Part shown: one piece after another, positions 9,241-18,406 of the stretch
Position numbering within the stretch: the first letter of the stretch is position 1
Layout of the letters: every line of letters begins with the position of its first letter
Assembly (NCBI GenBank): GCA_028818695.1
Contig: JAPPNK010000029.1
Location: 7,254 to 71,253, forward strand
Direction of reading: 5' to 3'
DNA length: 64,000 nucleotides
Source: Candidatus Poribacteria bacterium
GTDB lineage: Bacteria; Poribacteria; WGA-4E; GCA-2687025
The notes under the pieces: model-generated
Seen by the model: only the letters and a program-made list of their open reading frames with translations
Databases searched by the model: none
Told to the model about the DNA's origin: nothing
Made by a program: the position numbers and the translations under genes

Positions 9241-10239
9241 TTACTCCGCAAACTGCGCGTCAAAGGCAATGGCGGACGGTTCAAAGTCGAGCCGCTTCAA
9301 AAAGGCGGCCGCTTCCGCCGCGCCATGTTCGCGGTCCATTCCGCTGTCTTCCCACTCGACCGAGAGGGGGCCGTCATGGCCGATCTCGTTGAGCGCGCGG
9401 ATGATCTCCTCAAAATCGATGCTGCCGCGCCCGATGGATCGGAAGTCCCAAAACCGCCGGCTGTCGCCGAAATCGATATGCCCGCCAAAGACGCCCGCCT
9501 CTTTCGGCGTCGGCGACCACCATACATCTTTCATATGCGCGTGGTAGATGCGGTCGGCGAAACGGCGGATGAACAGCGTATAGTCGACGCCCTGATACCC
9601 CAGATGGCTCGGATCGTAGTTGAAGCCGAACGCCTCGCGCCGTCCGACCGCCTCCAACGCCTTTTCGGCGCTGACGATGTCGAAAGCGATCTCGGTTGGA
9701 TGGACCTCTAGCCCAAACTTGACGCCCGCTTCGTCAAAGACGTCCAAGATCGGGTTCCATCTGTCCGCGAAGTCTTGGTATCCCGCTTCGATCTGGTTGG
9801 GCAGGTTTGGGGGAAAGGAGTAGGCGAGCGGCCAGATGCGGCTGCCGGTGAATCCGCAGACGACGTCGACGCCCAGTTTGGCGGCGGCTCTGGCGGTGTT
9901 TTTCATCTCTTCTGCGGCGCGTTCTTGGACGCCGTCCGGGTCGCCGTCGCCCCAGACGCGGGGGGGCAAAATCTGCTCGTGCCGCGCGTCAATGCGGTCG
10001 CACACCGCCTGCCCCGCTAGATGGTTGCTAATCGCAAAACATTTCAGCCCATGTTTTTCAAGGATGTCCCAGCGCGTTTGGCAGTATCCGTCGTCTTCCA
10101 GCGCCTGCTCCACATCGAAGTGGTCGCCCCAGCAGGCGAGCTCCAGCCCGTCGTATCCGAACTGCTTCGCCTTTTCCGCCATCGTTTCCAGCGGAAGGTC
10201 CGCCCATTGCCCCGTAAACAAGGTGATCGGCCGCGCCAT
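9241..10239 (-). CDS. Sugar phosphate isomerase/epimerase (xylose isomerase-like TIM barrel)
   Basis: The N-terminus [42 protein letters not shown] and later [12 protein letters not shown] and HAHMKD segments are typical of the AP endonuclease 2 / xylose-isomerase-like TIM-barrel family. Confidence 0.85.
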   Translation of the reverse strand: MARPITLFTGQWADLPLETMAEKAKQFGYDGLELACWGDHFDVEQALEDDGYCQTRWDILEKHGLKCFAISNHLAGQAVCDRIDARHEQILPPRVWGDGDPDGVQERAAEEMKNTARAAAKLGVDVVCGFTGSRIWPLAYSFPPNLPNQIEAGYQDFADRWNPILDVFDEAGVKFGLEVHPTEIAFDIVSAEKALEAVGRREAFGFNYDPSHLGYQGVDYTLFIRRFADRIYHAHMKDVWWSPTPKEAGVFGGHIDFGDSRRFWDFRSIGRGSIDFEEIIRALNEIGHDGPLSVEWEDSGMDREHGAAEAAAFLKRLDFEPSAIAFDAQFAE

Positions 10240-10336
10240 GTTGCGCTCCTTTCTTTTTCTAAAAACCGGTCAACTAGACGCTGGGCGCACTATACAGCTG
10301 CGCTCTCGAAATGTCAACGGCTCAAGCTCTGAGGCA

Positions 10337-10461
10337 GTCTCTATAGGCGATGATTGTGATTTTAAAGAGCCGTTTTAGAATGCGGAGGCTGCCTGGGAAA
10401 ATTCTGGATTCCCGCTTTCGCGGGAATGACGACCTGCCCGATTTGAACAGGATTTTCGTAT
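10337..10461 (+). repeat. Hairpin-bearing intergenic repeat, copy A (MITE/REP-like)
   Basis: About 125 bp, near-identical to 12516-12652 in the same orientation. Shared sequence: GTCTCTATAGGCGATGATT.TGATTTTAAAGAGCCGTTTTAGAATGC.GAGGCTG...CTGCCCGATTTGAACAGGATTTTCGTAT. It contains a perfect 8-bp stem, ATTCCCGC-TTTC-GCGGGAAT. Confidence 0.8.
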
Positions 10462-10540
10462 ATCGTCGCCTGCAGAGGCTACCAGCTCTGAGCTTGACGC
10501 TTGAGTCGGGGCATGCCTCAATGCGGACGCGGGAATGAGA

Positions 10541-11506
10541 TCAGTCAGGCCGGCTTGAAAGCGGAGTCCAGCCCCGCCCCGGCATATACGCGCGCTGCGC
10601 AAAAAAGCGTTCCCGAATCTCCAAAAACTGCTCCGCCGTGCGGCATTCGCGCGTTGGATCGGACGGGTCTCGTATCACAAAGTCTGCCTCCGGCGGATGG
10701 CATGCCATCGTCACAGGGTCGCGCTCCGGCGTGTAGCTGGACGGGTCTTCGTCCACATTGTTTGGAACCGCCGCGTTCTGGTAACGCAGGTCCAGACTCC
10801 AGCGCGTCGCGTCGCTGCGGTTCTCGAAAGAGGCGTGCGCCGTCAGGTTTGTCAAAAACAGAACGTCTCCCCGCTTCATCTCCACGCAGACGCTCTCGCC
10901 GCCGGGCAGATCGCCGCCCGCGATCTCAAGATAGCCGCCATGCCCGCCGGTGTAATGTCGGACGACGCCCTCTTTGTGGCTTCTCGGCGCGACCCACAGG
11001 CAGCCGTTCTCTGCGTCGGCGTCCGTCAGCGGAACCCAGCATGTGAGTATGAGCATATCGTCGCAATGCGGCAAAAAGTAGCCCGAATCCTGATGCCATG
11101 GGACTTCGCCCCGCTCCCATCGCGGCAGCTTTGGACGGACGCGGTAAGCGGACGAGCCGACGATCGTTTCGCCCACAAAATCCTTCACGATCGCCAGCAG
11201 CTTCGGATGAACAATCGTTGTAAACATTTCAGGTCCGGAGAACCGCCCGCTGTAGATCGGAGCGAGTATGCGCATGATCTGGTCGGGGAACCGCTCCGCC
11301 AGCAGGGCGGGCAGCCGCTCAAACGACGCGGTCGGAAACGTCTCGTCAATGGCGCCTTCCTCCCGCGCCCGCTCCGCTTCCCCCCTCACCGCCTGATGCA
11401 ACGCGTTTCGGATTGGCTCTAGGTCGCCGGCGCTGTCAAACACGCCCCGCTTGATTAAATACCCTTCCTCTTCGAAATGCCGCCGCTCTTGGTCGGTTAA
11501 TGCCAC
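10541..11506 (-). CDS. Phytanoyl-CoA dioxygenase (PhyH) family Fe(II)/2-oxoglutarate oxygenase
   Basis: The N-terminus MALTDQERRHFEEEGYLIKRGVF and the VPWHQDSGYF iron-binding region are typical of PhyH-family proteins. Confidence 0.85.
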   Translation of the reverse strand: MALTDQERRHFEEEGYLIKRGVFDSAGDLEPIRNALHQAVRGEAERAREEGAIDETFPTASFERLPALLAERFPDQIMRILAPIYSGRFSGPEMFTTIVHPKLLAIVKDFVGETIVGSSAYRVRPKLPRWERGEVPWHQDSGYFLPHCDDMLILTCWVPLTDADAENGCLWVAPRSHKEGVVRHYTGGHGGYLEIAGGDLPGGESVCVEMKRGDVLFLTNLTAHASFENRSDATRWSLDLRYQNAAVPNNVDEDPSSYTPERDPVTMACHPPEADFVIRDPSDPTRECRTAEQFLEIRERFFAQRAYMPGRGWTPLSSRPD

Positions 11507-11612
11507 TTTGCGCTCCTTCCGCCGGCATTGTACGCCGTTTTGCCCTTGTTGTCATATGAAACGGGCAGGCTGCGCGGCTGCATGCCTGATAGACCGCGCT
11601 TCAGATGTAACT

Positions 11613-12281
11613 TCAATACAAGATGTAGCCAATCCTGAACCCAAAAGAATAGACAGTTGATTCACCTTCAATTTTATAATAAGGATCGATTTCATGCGAC
11701 CCAAGGGTGATGAGTGTAAGGATCGCGTCTCCCAAATTAGCGCTAGAGGAGGAATCATAAAAGCTGTAAGTACCAAAACTGAAGTCGCCTTTGATGACCC
11801 AATTTCTTTTGAATTCATACCCAATACCGACACTCCCGCCGTCGCCTGTAGCGAACTTATCTACAACAATATTATCTGGGAACCTATTTGGCAAGCTAAT
11901 TAAATAATACCATGATAATCCATAATTCATATCGAAAATTAGGGATGGAGCTGTTTTTTTCGTAAAAAACATGATTCCGACACCGCCTCTACCGAGTGGA
12001 CCAGATAGGATCGACATTGAACAGAGGAACTGTTCAGTAAAGCCGTAGCCAATTTTAGAGTTGATTGCTGGAAGCGCTCTCATGGCGACAGCGTCATGAC
12101 GCTGCACATCTCCGTCGGTTCCGTCGTCGAATCCATGTTTAGAAACTGTCCATTTCTCATCGGCAGCTGCTGCATCGATACCTGCGTTGAGTTCCATGAA
12201 GAGACCTTGACGACCAGGAGCGGCGCATCCAGCAATCAATGCCGATGCCGCAACAAGGAATGCCAGAGCGGCTTTATTCAT
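11613..12281 (-). CDS. Lipoprotein with beta-barrel-like C-terminal region, AT-rich
   Basis: ATG at 12281 gives MNKAALAFLVAASALIAGC, a signal peptide plus IAGC lipobox. The remainder is rich in G/Y/F/S with alternating strands and ends in an aromatic residue (...FGFRIGYILY), like an OMP beta-signal. The gene is visibly AT-richer than its neighbours. I trimmed the ORF-track start at 12404. Confidence 0.65.
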   Translation of the reverse strand: MNKAALAFLVAASALIAGCAAPGRQGLFMELNAGIDAAAADEKWTVSKHGFDDGTDGDVQRHDAVAMRALPAINSKIGYGFTEQFLCSMSILSGPLGRGGVGIMFFTKKTAPSLIFDMNYGLSWYYLISLPNRFPDNIVVDKFATGDGGSVGIGYEFKRNWVIKGDFSFGTYSFYDSSSSANLGDAILTLITLGSHEIDPYYKIEGESTVYSFGFRIGYILY

Positions 12282-12515
12282 CCGACTCCCGCGGAGGAGG
12301 GTCGCTTTCATGGCGGACAAATCAAAGGGCTTTCGCGGAATCTTCATTGCTTGCTTTCTTTTAGCGTTGTTTTCTGCAGACAGCCGAGACGATCCCGACC
12401 GCATTCAAATCAATAACATCGGCTTCGCCGCAACTTATTTCAACGCAGCGAACTCCGATGAGCCGCTATCATAATCTAGGTCGGTTTTCGAATCAACATC
12501 TTTCTCTGACCGGCG

Positions 12516-12652
12516 GTCTCTATAGGCGATGATTTTGATTTTAAAGAGCCGTTTTAGAATGCAGAGGCTGTCTGGGAGAACTCTGGATTCTCGCACGTTT
12601 TACCGCAAGGGCGGGAATGACAATCTGCCCGATTTGAACAGGATTTTCGTAT
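12516..12652 (+). repeat. Hairpin-bearing intergenic repeat, copy B (MITE/REP-like)
   Basis: Same element as 10337-10461, in the same orientation. The hairpin loop is expanded by a 12-nt insertion (ATTCTCGC-ACGTTTTACCGCAAGG-GCGGGAAT). Confidence 0.8.
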
Positions 12653-12680
12653 CATGCGTGAAGGACAGCAGAGAGGAACT

Positions 12681-13280
12681 CTATTCGGACAGCGCAGGCA
12701 TCTTCAACAAAATCTGCGCAGCCTGCAGGCTGGGATTCAATTTCAAAGCGTCGCTCGCCCGCCGAAAAGCGGCTGCCGAATCTCCCGCGTGATAAAGCCG
12801 CCAAGCGTCCAAAGCGGCAATGTCCGCCTCAGACGAGTAATCATGCCGATACAGCGATCCCCCGCCCGTCCGCAGCGCCGCCGCCAAAGCCTCCCCCGCC
12901 TCGTTCAGATCCTGCGCGTCCGCCCGCCGAACATACAGCGCCATCCCAAGCCCGACCCAGGCGTCGCTCAGCGCCTCGTCGTTCTGGATAGCCCGCCTGA
13001 AAGAATCCACCGCAAGATCGACCGCCGACTCGGACGGCTCTCCCTGCGCCAGCGACAGATGCGCCCAGCCCGCTCCGTTGTGCGCGTCCGCCAGCTCCGC
13101 GTCCAGGTTGACAGCGCGCTCAAACTCAAGCAGCGCGTCCGAAAAGGCGCCCTTCGTATACGCAGCCCATCCGCGTTTTAGGGCGGCATGCGCGTTCGCC
13201 GGCTCCGCAGTATCGTCCCCGCCGCAGCCCGCAGCCGCCAACACAACGCAGCATAGAACCCAAATGCGCGTCCAGTTCAT
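12681..13280 (-). CDS. TPR-like lipoprotein
   Basis: Signal peptide with Cys (MNWTRIWVLCCVVLAAAGCGGDD). TPR-like helical repeats follow (GAFSDALLEFERAVNLDAELADAHNGAGWAHL...). Confidence 0.7.
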   Translation of the reverse strand: MNWTRIWVLCCVVLAAAGCGGDDTAEPANAHAALKRGWAAYTKGAFSDALLEFERAVNLDAELADAHNGAGWAHLSLAQGEPSESAVDLAVDSFRRAIQNDEALSDAWVGLGMALYVRRADAQDLNEAGEALAAALRTGGGSLYRHDYSSEADIAALDAWRLYHAGDSAAAFRRASDALKLNPSLQAAQILLKMPALSE

Positions 13281-13291
13281 CCATCAACCTC

Positions 13292-14335
13292 CTACAGCGG
13301 AAGCGGCACAAAGCTGCGCGTCTCCGCCGACCTGTAGATCGCGTGGATGATCTCAACCGCCTTGCGCGCTTCCGTTCCGTCCAGCCCGCTTGACCTGCCC
13401 GTCTCGATCTGGTCGATGAACGCCTCAAACTGTCGGCGGTGTCCTTCAAAGCTGATTGCGGACGGGTCGCTTGCGCCGCCGCCCGTCTGCGTTTGATCGG
13501 CAAACTCGGCGCGTATCCGTTCGTCCTCGTCCGTCTCGTCGGCGAACTGCCAGAACGCGATGTTCTCCTCCTCCATGACGACGCTGCCCCTGTCGCCGGA
13601 GATCTCTATTTTTTTAAAAAAGCCTGGATGCACCGACGTCGCGCCCTGAATGACGCCCAAAGCCCCGTTCTGAAAGCGGACGCACGCTGCCGCCGTGTCT
13701 TCAACATCGATGCGCTCATGCGCGAGCGTGTCCTTGAACGCGGCAACTTCCGCCGCAGGTCCCATGAGCCACTGCAGAAGGTCGATGGCGTGGATCGACT
13801 GGTTCATGAGCGCGCCGCCGCCGTCCAGCGCCTTCGTGCCTTTCCATCCGCCTTCGTCGTAATACTCCTGCGAGCGCCACCACTTGACGGTCGCTTCCGC
13901 AAGCGTGAGACGCCCAAACCGCCCGCTTTCGACCGCCTTTTTCAGCAGCTGGCTTGTCGGATGAAACCGAGATTGAAAGACGCCGCTCAGCTGAACGCCC
14001 GCCTCCGCGCACGCCTCAATCATGGCGTCAATGCGCTCCAGCGAGATGTCGAGCGGCTTTTCAACGATGACATGCTTGCCGGCTTTAGCGGCGGCGACGG
14101 TCGGATCGGCATGCGCGCCGCTCGCGGAGCAGACGCTCACGATGTCGATGTCGCTTCGGTTGAGCAGACGGTCCAGGTCGGTCGTCCAGTCGGCGTTGAA
14201 CTGCTCGCCGCGCCGTTTTGCATTCGCTTCGCTTCTGGAGTACACGGCGCGCAGCTGGGCGTTTGGAAGCGCCTCAATGGCTCTGGCGTGGAACTCCGAG
14301 ATCATACCGCATCCGACGATACCGAAACCGCGCAT
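13292..14335 (-). CDS. Gfo/Idh/MocA family oxidoreductase
   Basis: N-terminal Rossmann motif MRGFGIVGCGMISEFHARAI and the EKPL motif (GKHVIVEKPL) are classic for this family. Confidence 0.9.
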   Translation of the reverse strand: MRGFGIVGCGMISEFHARAIEALPNAQLRAVYSRSEANAKRRGEQFNADWTTDLDRLLNRSDIDIVSVCSASGAHADPTVAAAKAGKHVIVEKPLDISLERIDAMIEACAEAGVQLSGVFQSRFHPTSQLLKKAVESGRFGRLTLAEATVKWWRSQEYYDEGGWKGTKALDGGGALMNQSIHAIDLLQWLMGPAAEVAAFKDTLAHERIDVEDTAAACVRFQNGALGVIQGATSVHPGFFKKIEISGDRGSVVMEEENIAFWQFADETDEDERIRAEFADQTQTGGGASDPSAISFEGHRRQFEAFIDQIETGRSSGLDGTEARKAVEIIHAIYRSAETRSFVPLPL

Positions 14336-14454
14336 TCGACCGCCTTCCCGTCCGTTTGACTTTCACATACGCCTGTCGCTATTATACCTTTTTTGACGCC
14401 CCGCGCCAAGCGGGATTGCGCGAAGGCGCTCTCTACAGAAGACGGAGAGGCGAC

Positions 14455-15327
14455 ATGCGCCAAAACCGAATGCGCGGCTTCGCGCTGATGGCCGCCTCGT
14501 CGATGCTGATCTCGCTCATGAGCATCTTGGCGCGTTTGACGCGCGGGATGGAAGGTTTGAGCGCTTTTTCAACCTCTTTTTTTAGATTCGCAATCGGCGG
14601 CGCGGCGGTCGCCGCATGGCTCTTTTTGTCGGGGCGTTCGCTGAGTCCGCGGCGTCCGCTGCTGCTGTTGATACGCGGTCTGCTCGGCTCCTCGGCGATG
14701 GTCGTCTATTTTCATGCCATCGTGACGATCGGGCTGGCGAAGGCGTCTATCTTGATCTACACCGCCCCAATCTGGGCGGCTGCATTCGCGCCCTTTGCGA
14801 CAAGGGAAAGCCCATCGATACGGCTATGGGTATGCGTCCTGTCGGCGTTTGGCGGGTTGTATCTGCTGCTGTTTCCGTCGGGCGGGTTCGGCGGCGTATC
14901 GACGATCGACGCAGCGGCGCTCGGCGCGGGCGTCTTGGGCGGGTTGGCGATCCTTGTCGTGAAGCGGTTGAGCGCGGTCGAGTCGGCGCCGATGATCTTC
15001 TTAGGTCTCGCTGCGGTCGGCGCATTGACGACCAGCGTACCGGCGCTGAGCGAGGGCGCCGCGTATTCAACGCCGGCGTGGGGGCTGCTGATTGGAATCG
15101 GCATCTGCGGCGCGGCTGCGAAAATTCTGGACGCCGCAGCGTTCAGACACATCAGCGGAACAGAAGGCGCATTGTGGTCAATGCTGGCGCCGGCGGCGAA
15201 CTGCGCGGCGGGCGCGCTCGCGTTCCAAGAGACGTTCACGGCGCGGATGACGTTCGGCAGCGCGGTTGTGCTGGCAGCATGCGGCGCGGCGGCCGTTTTT
15301 GGGCGCGCAAAACAGGACGCTCAATAA
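14455..15327 (+). CDS. DMT/EamA family transporter
   Basis: Starting at ATG 14455 (MRQNRMRGFALMAASSMLISLMSILARL), the protein has about 10 hydrophobic segments and a duplicated EamA-like layout. The upstream 79 codons of the ORF-track entry are Arg-rich, so I trimmed them. Confidence 0.8.
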   Translation: MRQNRMRGFALMAASSMLISLMSILARLTRGMEGLSAFSTSFFRFAIGGAAVAAWLFLSGRSLSPRRPLLLLIRGLLGSSAMVVYFHAIVTIGLAKASILIYTAPIWAAAFAPFATRESPSIRLWVCVLSAFGGLYLLLFPSGGFGGVSTIDAAALGAGVLGGLAILVVKRLSAVESAPMIFLGLAAVGALTTSVPALSEGAAYSTPAWGLLIGIGICGAAAKILDAAAFRHISGTEGALWSMLAPAANCAAGALAFQETFTARMTFGSAVVLAACGAAAVFGRAKQDAQ

Positions 15328-15514
15328 GCCGTCTTCTCGGCGGTTGTTCTTCGAGGAAGTCTCCTGCGGCGCTTCCGCCTTTTCATCTCTCTCACAGCGT
15401 ATGCTTCCTGACCGCATGGTCGGCAAACGGATCACATACGCGCAAATGAATTGCCGGCATTGGCAGTCTCAGTGTATGCTATTGGAGGCGCCGGAAAGTT
15501 GGGAGAGTACAAAG

Positions 15515-16309
15515 ATGGCGATGGAAGCAAGGACATCGGAAGACGGTTTTTTTCTGAAAGGGCTTTTCTCGTCGAAGCCGTCTCTTGATATTCTGGCGCA
15601 AAAGTTATCAAAAAGCAGAGCCGACGCAAAAATTGTGGCAGAGTCGAAAAGCGCAATAGCCGCCTTTTTTCAGGCAATCGTGCATGGTTTCAGCGACAAT
15701 TTACAGGACTCTAAGACTGATATCCAAAAAACGATTGAGCATTTTAATTCCGCAATTCAACTAGCGGAGCAAGCGAACACTGAATCTAAAGAAGAAACGG
15801 ACGCCCTGTCGTGTCTTTATTACTGCCGCGGCATTGTTGCGTTGGCGCTGAGCAGTATGGAGAGCGGCGCTGTCGCTCTAAATAAAGCGATTGCCGATTT
15901 TAAAAAGTCGGCGGAGCTGTCTCCCCTCGCGGATACCTATTTCCACTTGGGCGAAGCATATGCGCTCGCGGGCTGTCAAGAGAAGGCGATTGAAAATTTT
16001 GAACAAGCGACCGAGCTGAACATCCATTACGCCGAGGCGTACCTCTCAAAAGGACTCATCCATCGAGAAAGAGGCGAAGAGGATGACGCTCACGAAGACA
16101 TTTATTATGCGATCACCATCAACCCAGAACTTTATAGAGAAGAGTTTGAGCCGATCATGCAAGCTGAGAGAGAATCGGAGACGGTCTGGGATGAACTGCT
16201 CAGTCGGCCCGAATCGGAAGCGATGCTAACAGAATGGGATGAGCAAGCTTTAGAAGCGTTGAAGACGGGCAAAACGAAACCCGCCGTTGATGTAGATGAG
16301 GAATCCTAA
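15515..16309 (+). CDS. TPR repeat protein, AT-richer
   Basis: ATG at 15515 follows GGGAGAG. TPR-like repeats are visible (YYCRGIVALAL..., YFHLGEAYALAGCQEKAIENFEQATELNIHYAEAYLSKGLIH). The start is uncertain because other in-frame Met codons lie upstream. Confidence 0.65.
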   Translation: MAMEARTSEDGFFLKGLFSSKPSLDILAQKLSKSRADAKIVAESKSAIAAFFQAIVHGFSDNLQDSKTDIQKTIEHFNSAIQLAEQANTESKEETDALSCLYYCRGIVALALSSMESGAVALNKAIADFKKSAELSPLADTYFHLGEAYALAGCQEKAIENFEQATELNIHYAEAYLSKGLIHRERGEEDDAHEDIYYAITINPELYREEFEPIMQAERESETVWDELLSRPESEAMLTEWDEQALEALKTGKTKPAVDVDEES

Positions 16310-16315
16310 TGCGGT

Positions 16316-16337
16316 CAAAGCGGTGTCCCCGCTTTGA
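16316..16337 (+). terminator. Stable hairpin just after the TPR gene's stop (non-canonical, no U-tract)
   Basis: TCAAAGCGG-TGTCC-CCGCTTTGA forms a 9-bp stem 6 nt after the stop. It is followed by an A-run rather than a T-run, so terminator function is uncertain. Confidence 0.25.
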
Positions 16338-16643
16338 AAAAGAATACAACCGCATGCCCAAACAAATACAAAAAAGATCGATAAAGCCTTGCGTTTGTTT
16401 GACGCAGAACCAAGACTACATAGCAGGCGGGTCTGAATCAAAATCGGCGGTCTATACGCGCAGGCCATAAGTACAGGATTCTTGGGATTTTGCATGGAAG
16501 TCCAGAAAGCGGAACGATAGTATGGTACTGGGTCGGTCGGCATGGAGGTCCGTACGAAAGGGAACTGCAAAAGCGTTAAACGCCGTTGGCGCAGCGGCAT
16601 TCATTTTTGAACAAATCTCCCGACTGCCCATGACGCGAGAATC

Positions 16644-18359
16644 TTAAGAAGCAGAGCGAGAGCGGCTGAACGGAAACTGAAACGGGCTGGAACGGCGCCA
16701 TATCTCGTCCAGCGAAGGCGGATACGGCTCTTCCAGCAGGCTCCCTTCCTCCACAAAATCGTACAACTCCGCATAGGACTTCACCGACGACGGCGTGACG
16801 CTGCGGCATATGTGACTGGGAGCGATCTCATCGGGGCTGGACATCCCGGCGGCGCCGAGCAGCCCAAGGACGCTCTGAACCGTCGCCCGATGGTAATTCG
16901 CCGCCCGATGCGCCTTGTCGGTTGGATCCAGCGCTTTGTACAGCCCAGGATTCTGCGTCGCCACGCCGACAGGGCAATGGTTTGTGTTGCATTTCAACGC
17001 CTGGATGCAGCCGATGGCAAACATCATCCCGCGCGCCGAGTTGCATAGATCCGCCCCCAGCGCGATCTTCGACACGATATGGAAGCCTGTAACGACGCGC
17101 CCGGCGGCAATCAACCGCGCGCTGCCGCGCAAACCGGCGCCTGTCAAGCCGTTCTGCGCAAGCAGCAAGCCCATGTTGAGCGGCATTCCGACGGAGCTGG
17201 AAAACTCATGCGGCGCCGCCCCCGTGCCGCCCTCCGCCCCGTCGACGGCGATGAAGTCGGGCATGATCTCCGTCTCCAGCATCGCCTTTACGACGCTCAA
17301 AAACTCGCTGCGGTGGCCGACGCACAGCTTGAACCCAACAGGTTTTCCGCCTGACAAACGGCGCAGCTGGTCGATAAACTCCAGCAGACCGATCGGGGTG
17401 TCAAAGGCGGTATGCGCCGGCGGCGACAGAATGTTCTGACCCATCGGAATGCCGCGGATCGCCGCGATCTCCTTCGTCACCTTCGCCGCGGGGAGAATTC
17501 CGCCATGCCCCGGCTTCGCTCCCTGCGACAATTTCAGCTCAATCATCTTGACAGCGGGATGCGCCGCCTGATCTCGGAACTGGTCGGGACAGAAACGGCC
17601 GTCCGGCGTTCTGCACCCAAAATAGCCCGTTCCAATCTGCCAGACAAGATCGCCCCCTCCTTCAAGATGGTAGGGGCTGACGCCGCCCTCTCCTGTGTTG
17701 TGAAAAAAACCGCCCATCTTTGCAGCCCTGCTCAACGCGAGAACGGCGGTCTTGCTGAGGGACCCGTAGCTCATTGCGGAGATATTGAACAGGGAGGCGG
17801 AATAGGGCTGACTGCACTGGTCGTTTCCGACGAGAACGCGCGGCTCCTCCTCCGGCGGCTCCACAGCGGCGATGGAATGGGTGATCCATTCATATCCGCC
17901 TTCGTAAACATTCTCCTTTGTGCCGAAAGGGAGCGTGTCCATGTCGCCCTTGGCGCGCTGGTACACGAGCGATCGTTTTTCGCGGCTAAACGGCTTTTCT
18001 TCAGTGTCCGATTCGATGAAATACTGCCGTATCTCTGGGCGAATCATCTCCAGCAGGTAGCGAAAATGTCCCAGAACAGGAAAATTGCGCAGCGCCGCAT
18101 GCTTTTTTTGGAATATGTCCCAGAGGCCGAGCGCAATGACCGGGAGCGCAACCGCGTAGAGCAGCAAAGCCCACCGGCTCCAGAAGCTAAGCGCGCCGAT
18201 GCCGACCATGAGAGCCGCCGACAGCCCAAACACAATCGGGCGCAGGCTAAGATGTACCCGCAGCGGCGCCAGCGCGAGAAGACCGATCAACCCCAAGACA
18301 AGAACCGCCGCGACGCCCGCCAACGCGATCGCAACGTAGTCGCCGACATATTCCCACAT
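16644..18359 (-). CDS. Membrane-anchored FMN-binding glutamate synthase family protein (GltB domain-2-like)
   Basis: Three N-terminal TM helices are followed by ISAMSYGSLS, HNTGEGG and KLSQGAKPGHGGILPAAKV, plus a GAEGGTGAAP-type FMN-binding core. Confidence 0.85.
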   Translation of the reverse strand: MWEYVGDYVAIALAGVAAVLVLGLIGLLALAPLRVHLSLRPIVFGLSAALMVGIGALSFWSRWALLLYAVALPVIALGLWDIFQKKHAALRNFPVLGHFRYLLEMIRPEIRQYFIESDTEEKPFSREKRSLVYQRAKGDMDTLPFGTKENVYEGGYEWITHSIAAVEPPEEEPRVLVGNDQCSQPYSASLFNISAMSYGSLSKTAVLALSRAAKMGGFFHNTGEGGVSPYHLEGGGDLVWQIGTGYFGCRTPDGRFCPDQFRDQAAHPAVKMIELKLSQGAKPGHGGILPAAKVTKEIAAIRGIPMGQNILSPPAHTAFDTPIGLLEFIDQLRRLSGGKPVGFKLCVGHRSEFLSVVKAMLETEIMPDFIAVDGAEGGTGAAPHEFSSSVGMPLNMGLLLAQNGLTGAGLRGSARLIAAGRVVTGFHIVSKIALGADLCNSARGMMFAIGCIQALKCNTNHCPVGVATQNPGLYKALDPTDKAHRAANYHRATVQSVLGLLGAAGMSSPDEIAPSHICRSVTPSSVKSYAELYDFVEEGSLLEEPYPPSLDEIWRRSSPFQFPFSRSRSAS

Positions 18360-18406
18360 GACGCGCCTCCTCCGCCTTTAACCAAAACGAAACGCGCCGG
18401 CCTGCC

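Noticed and set aside
13439-14359. 306-aa plus-strand ORF, together with similar long ORFs at 17412-18533, 24709-25569, 38522-39259, 40870-41538, 20466-21158 and 10697-11422
   Set aside because: Each lies antisense to, or out of frame with, a gene that has clear family motifs. Their translations are dominated by Arg, Ala, Pro and Gly, the usual shadow-ORF signature of high-GC DNA.
14616-15449. 277-aa plus-strand ORF overlapping the DMT transporter gene in another frame
   Set aside because: Its composition is Arg/Gly-rich with no hydrophobic periodicity. The overlapping frame encodes a coherent 10-TM EamA-type protein.
16250-16600. 116-aa minus-strand ORF in the 334-bp spacer between convergent genes; I also considered an ncRNA here
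   Set aside because: The ORF overlaps the 3' end of the TPR gene and looks like random sequence. I could not recognise any known ncRNA or riboswitch structure by eye, so I make no call. A covariance-model scan (Rfam) would settle it.
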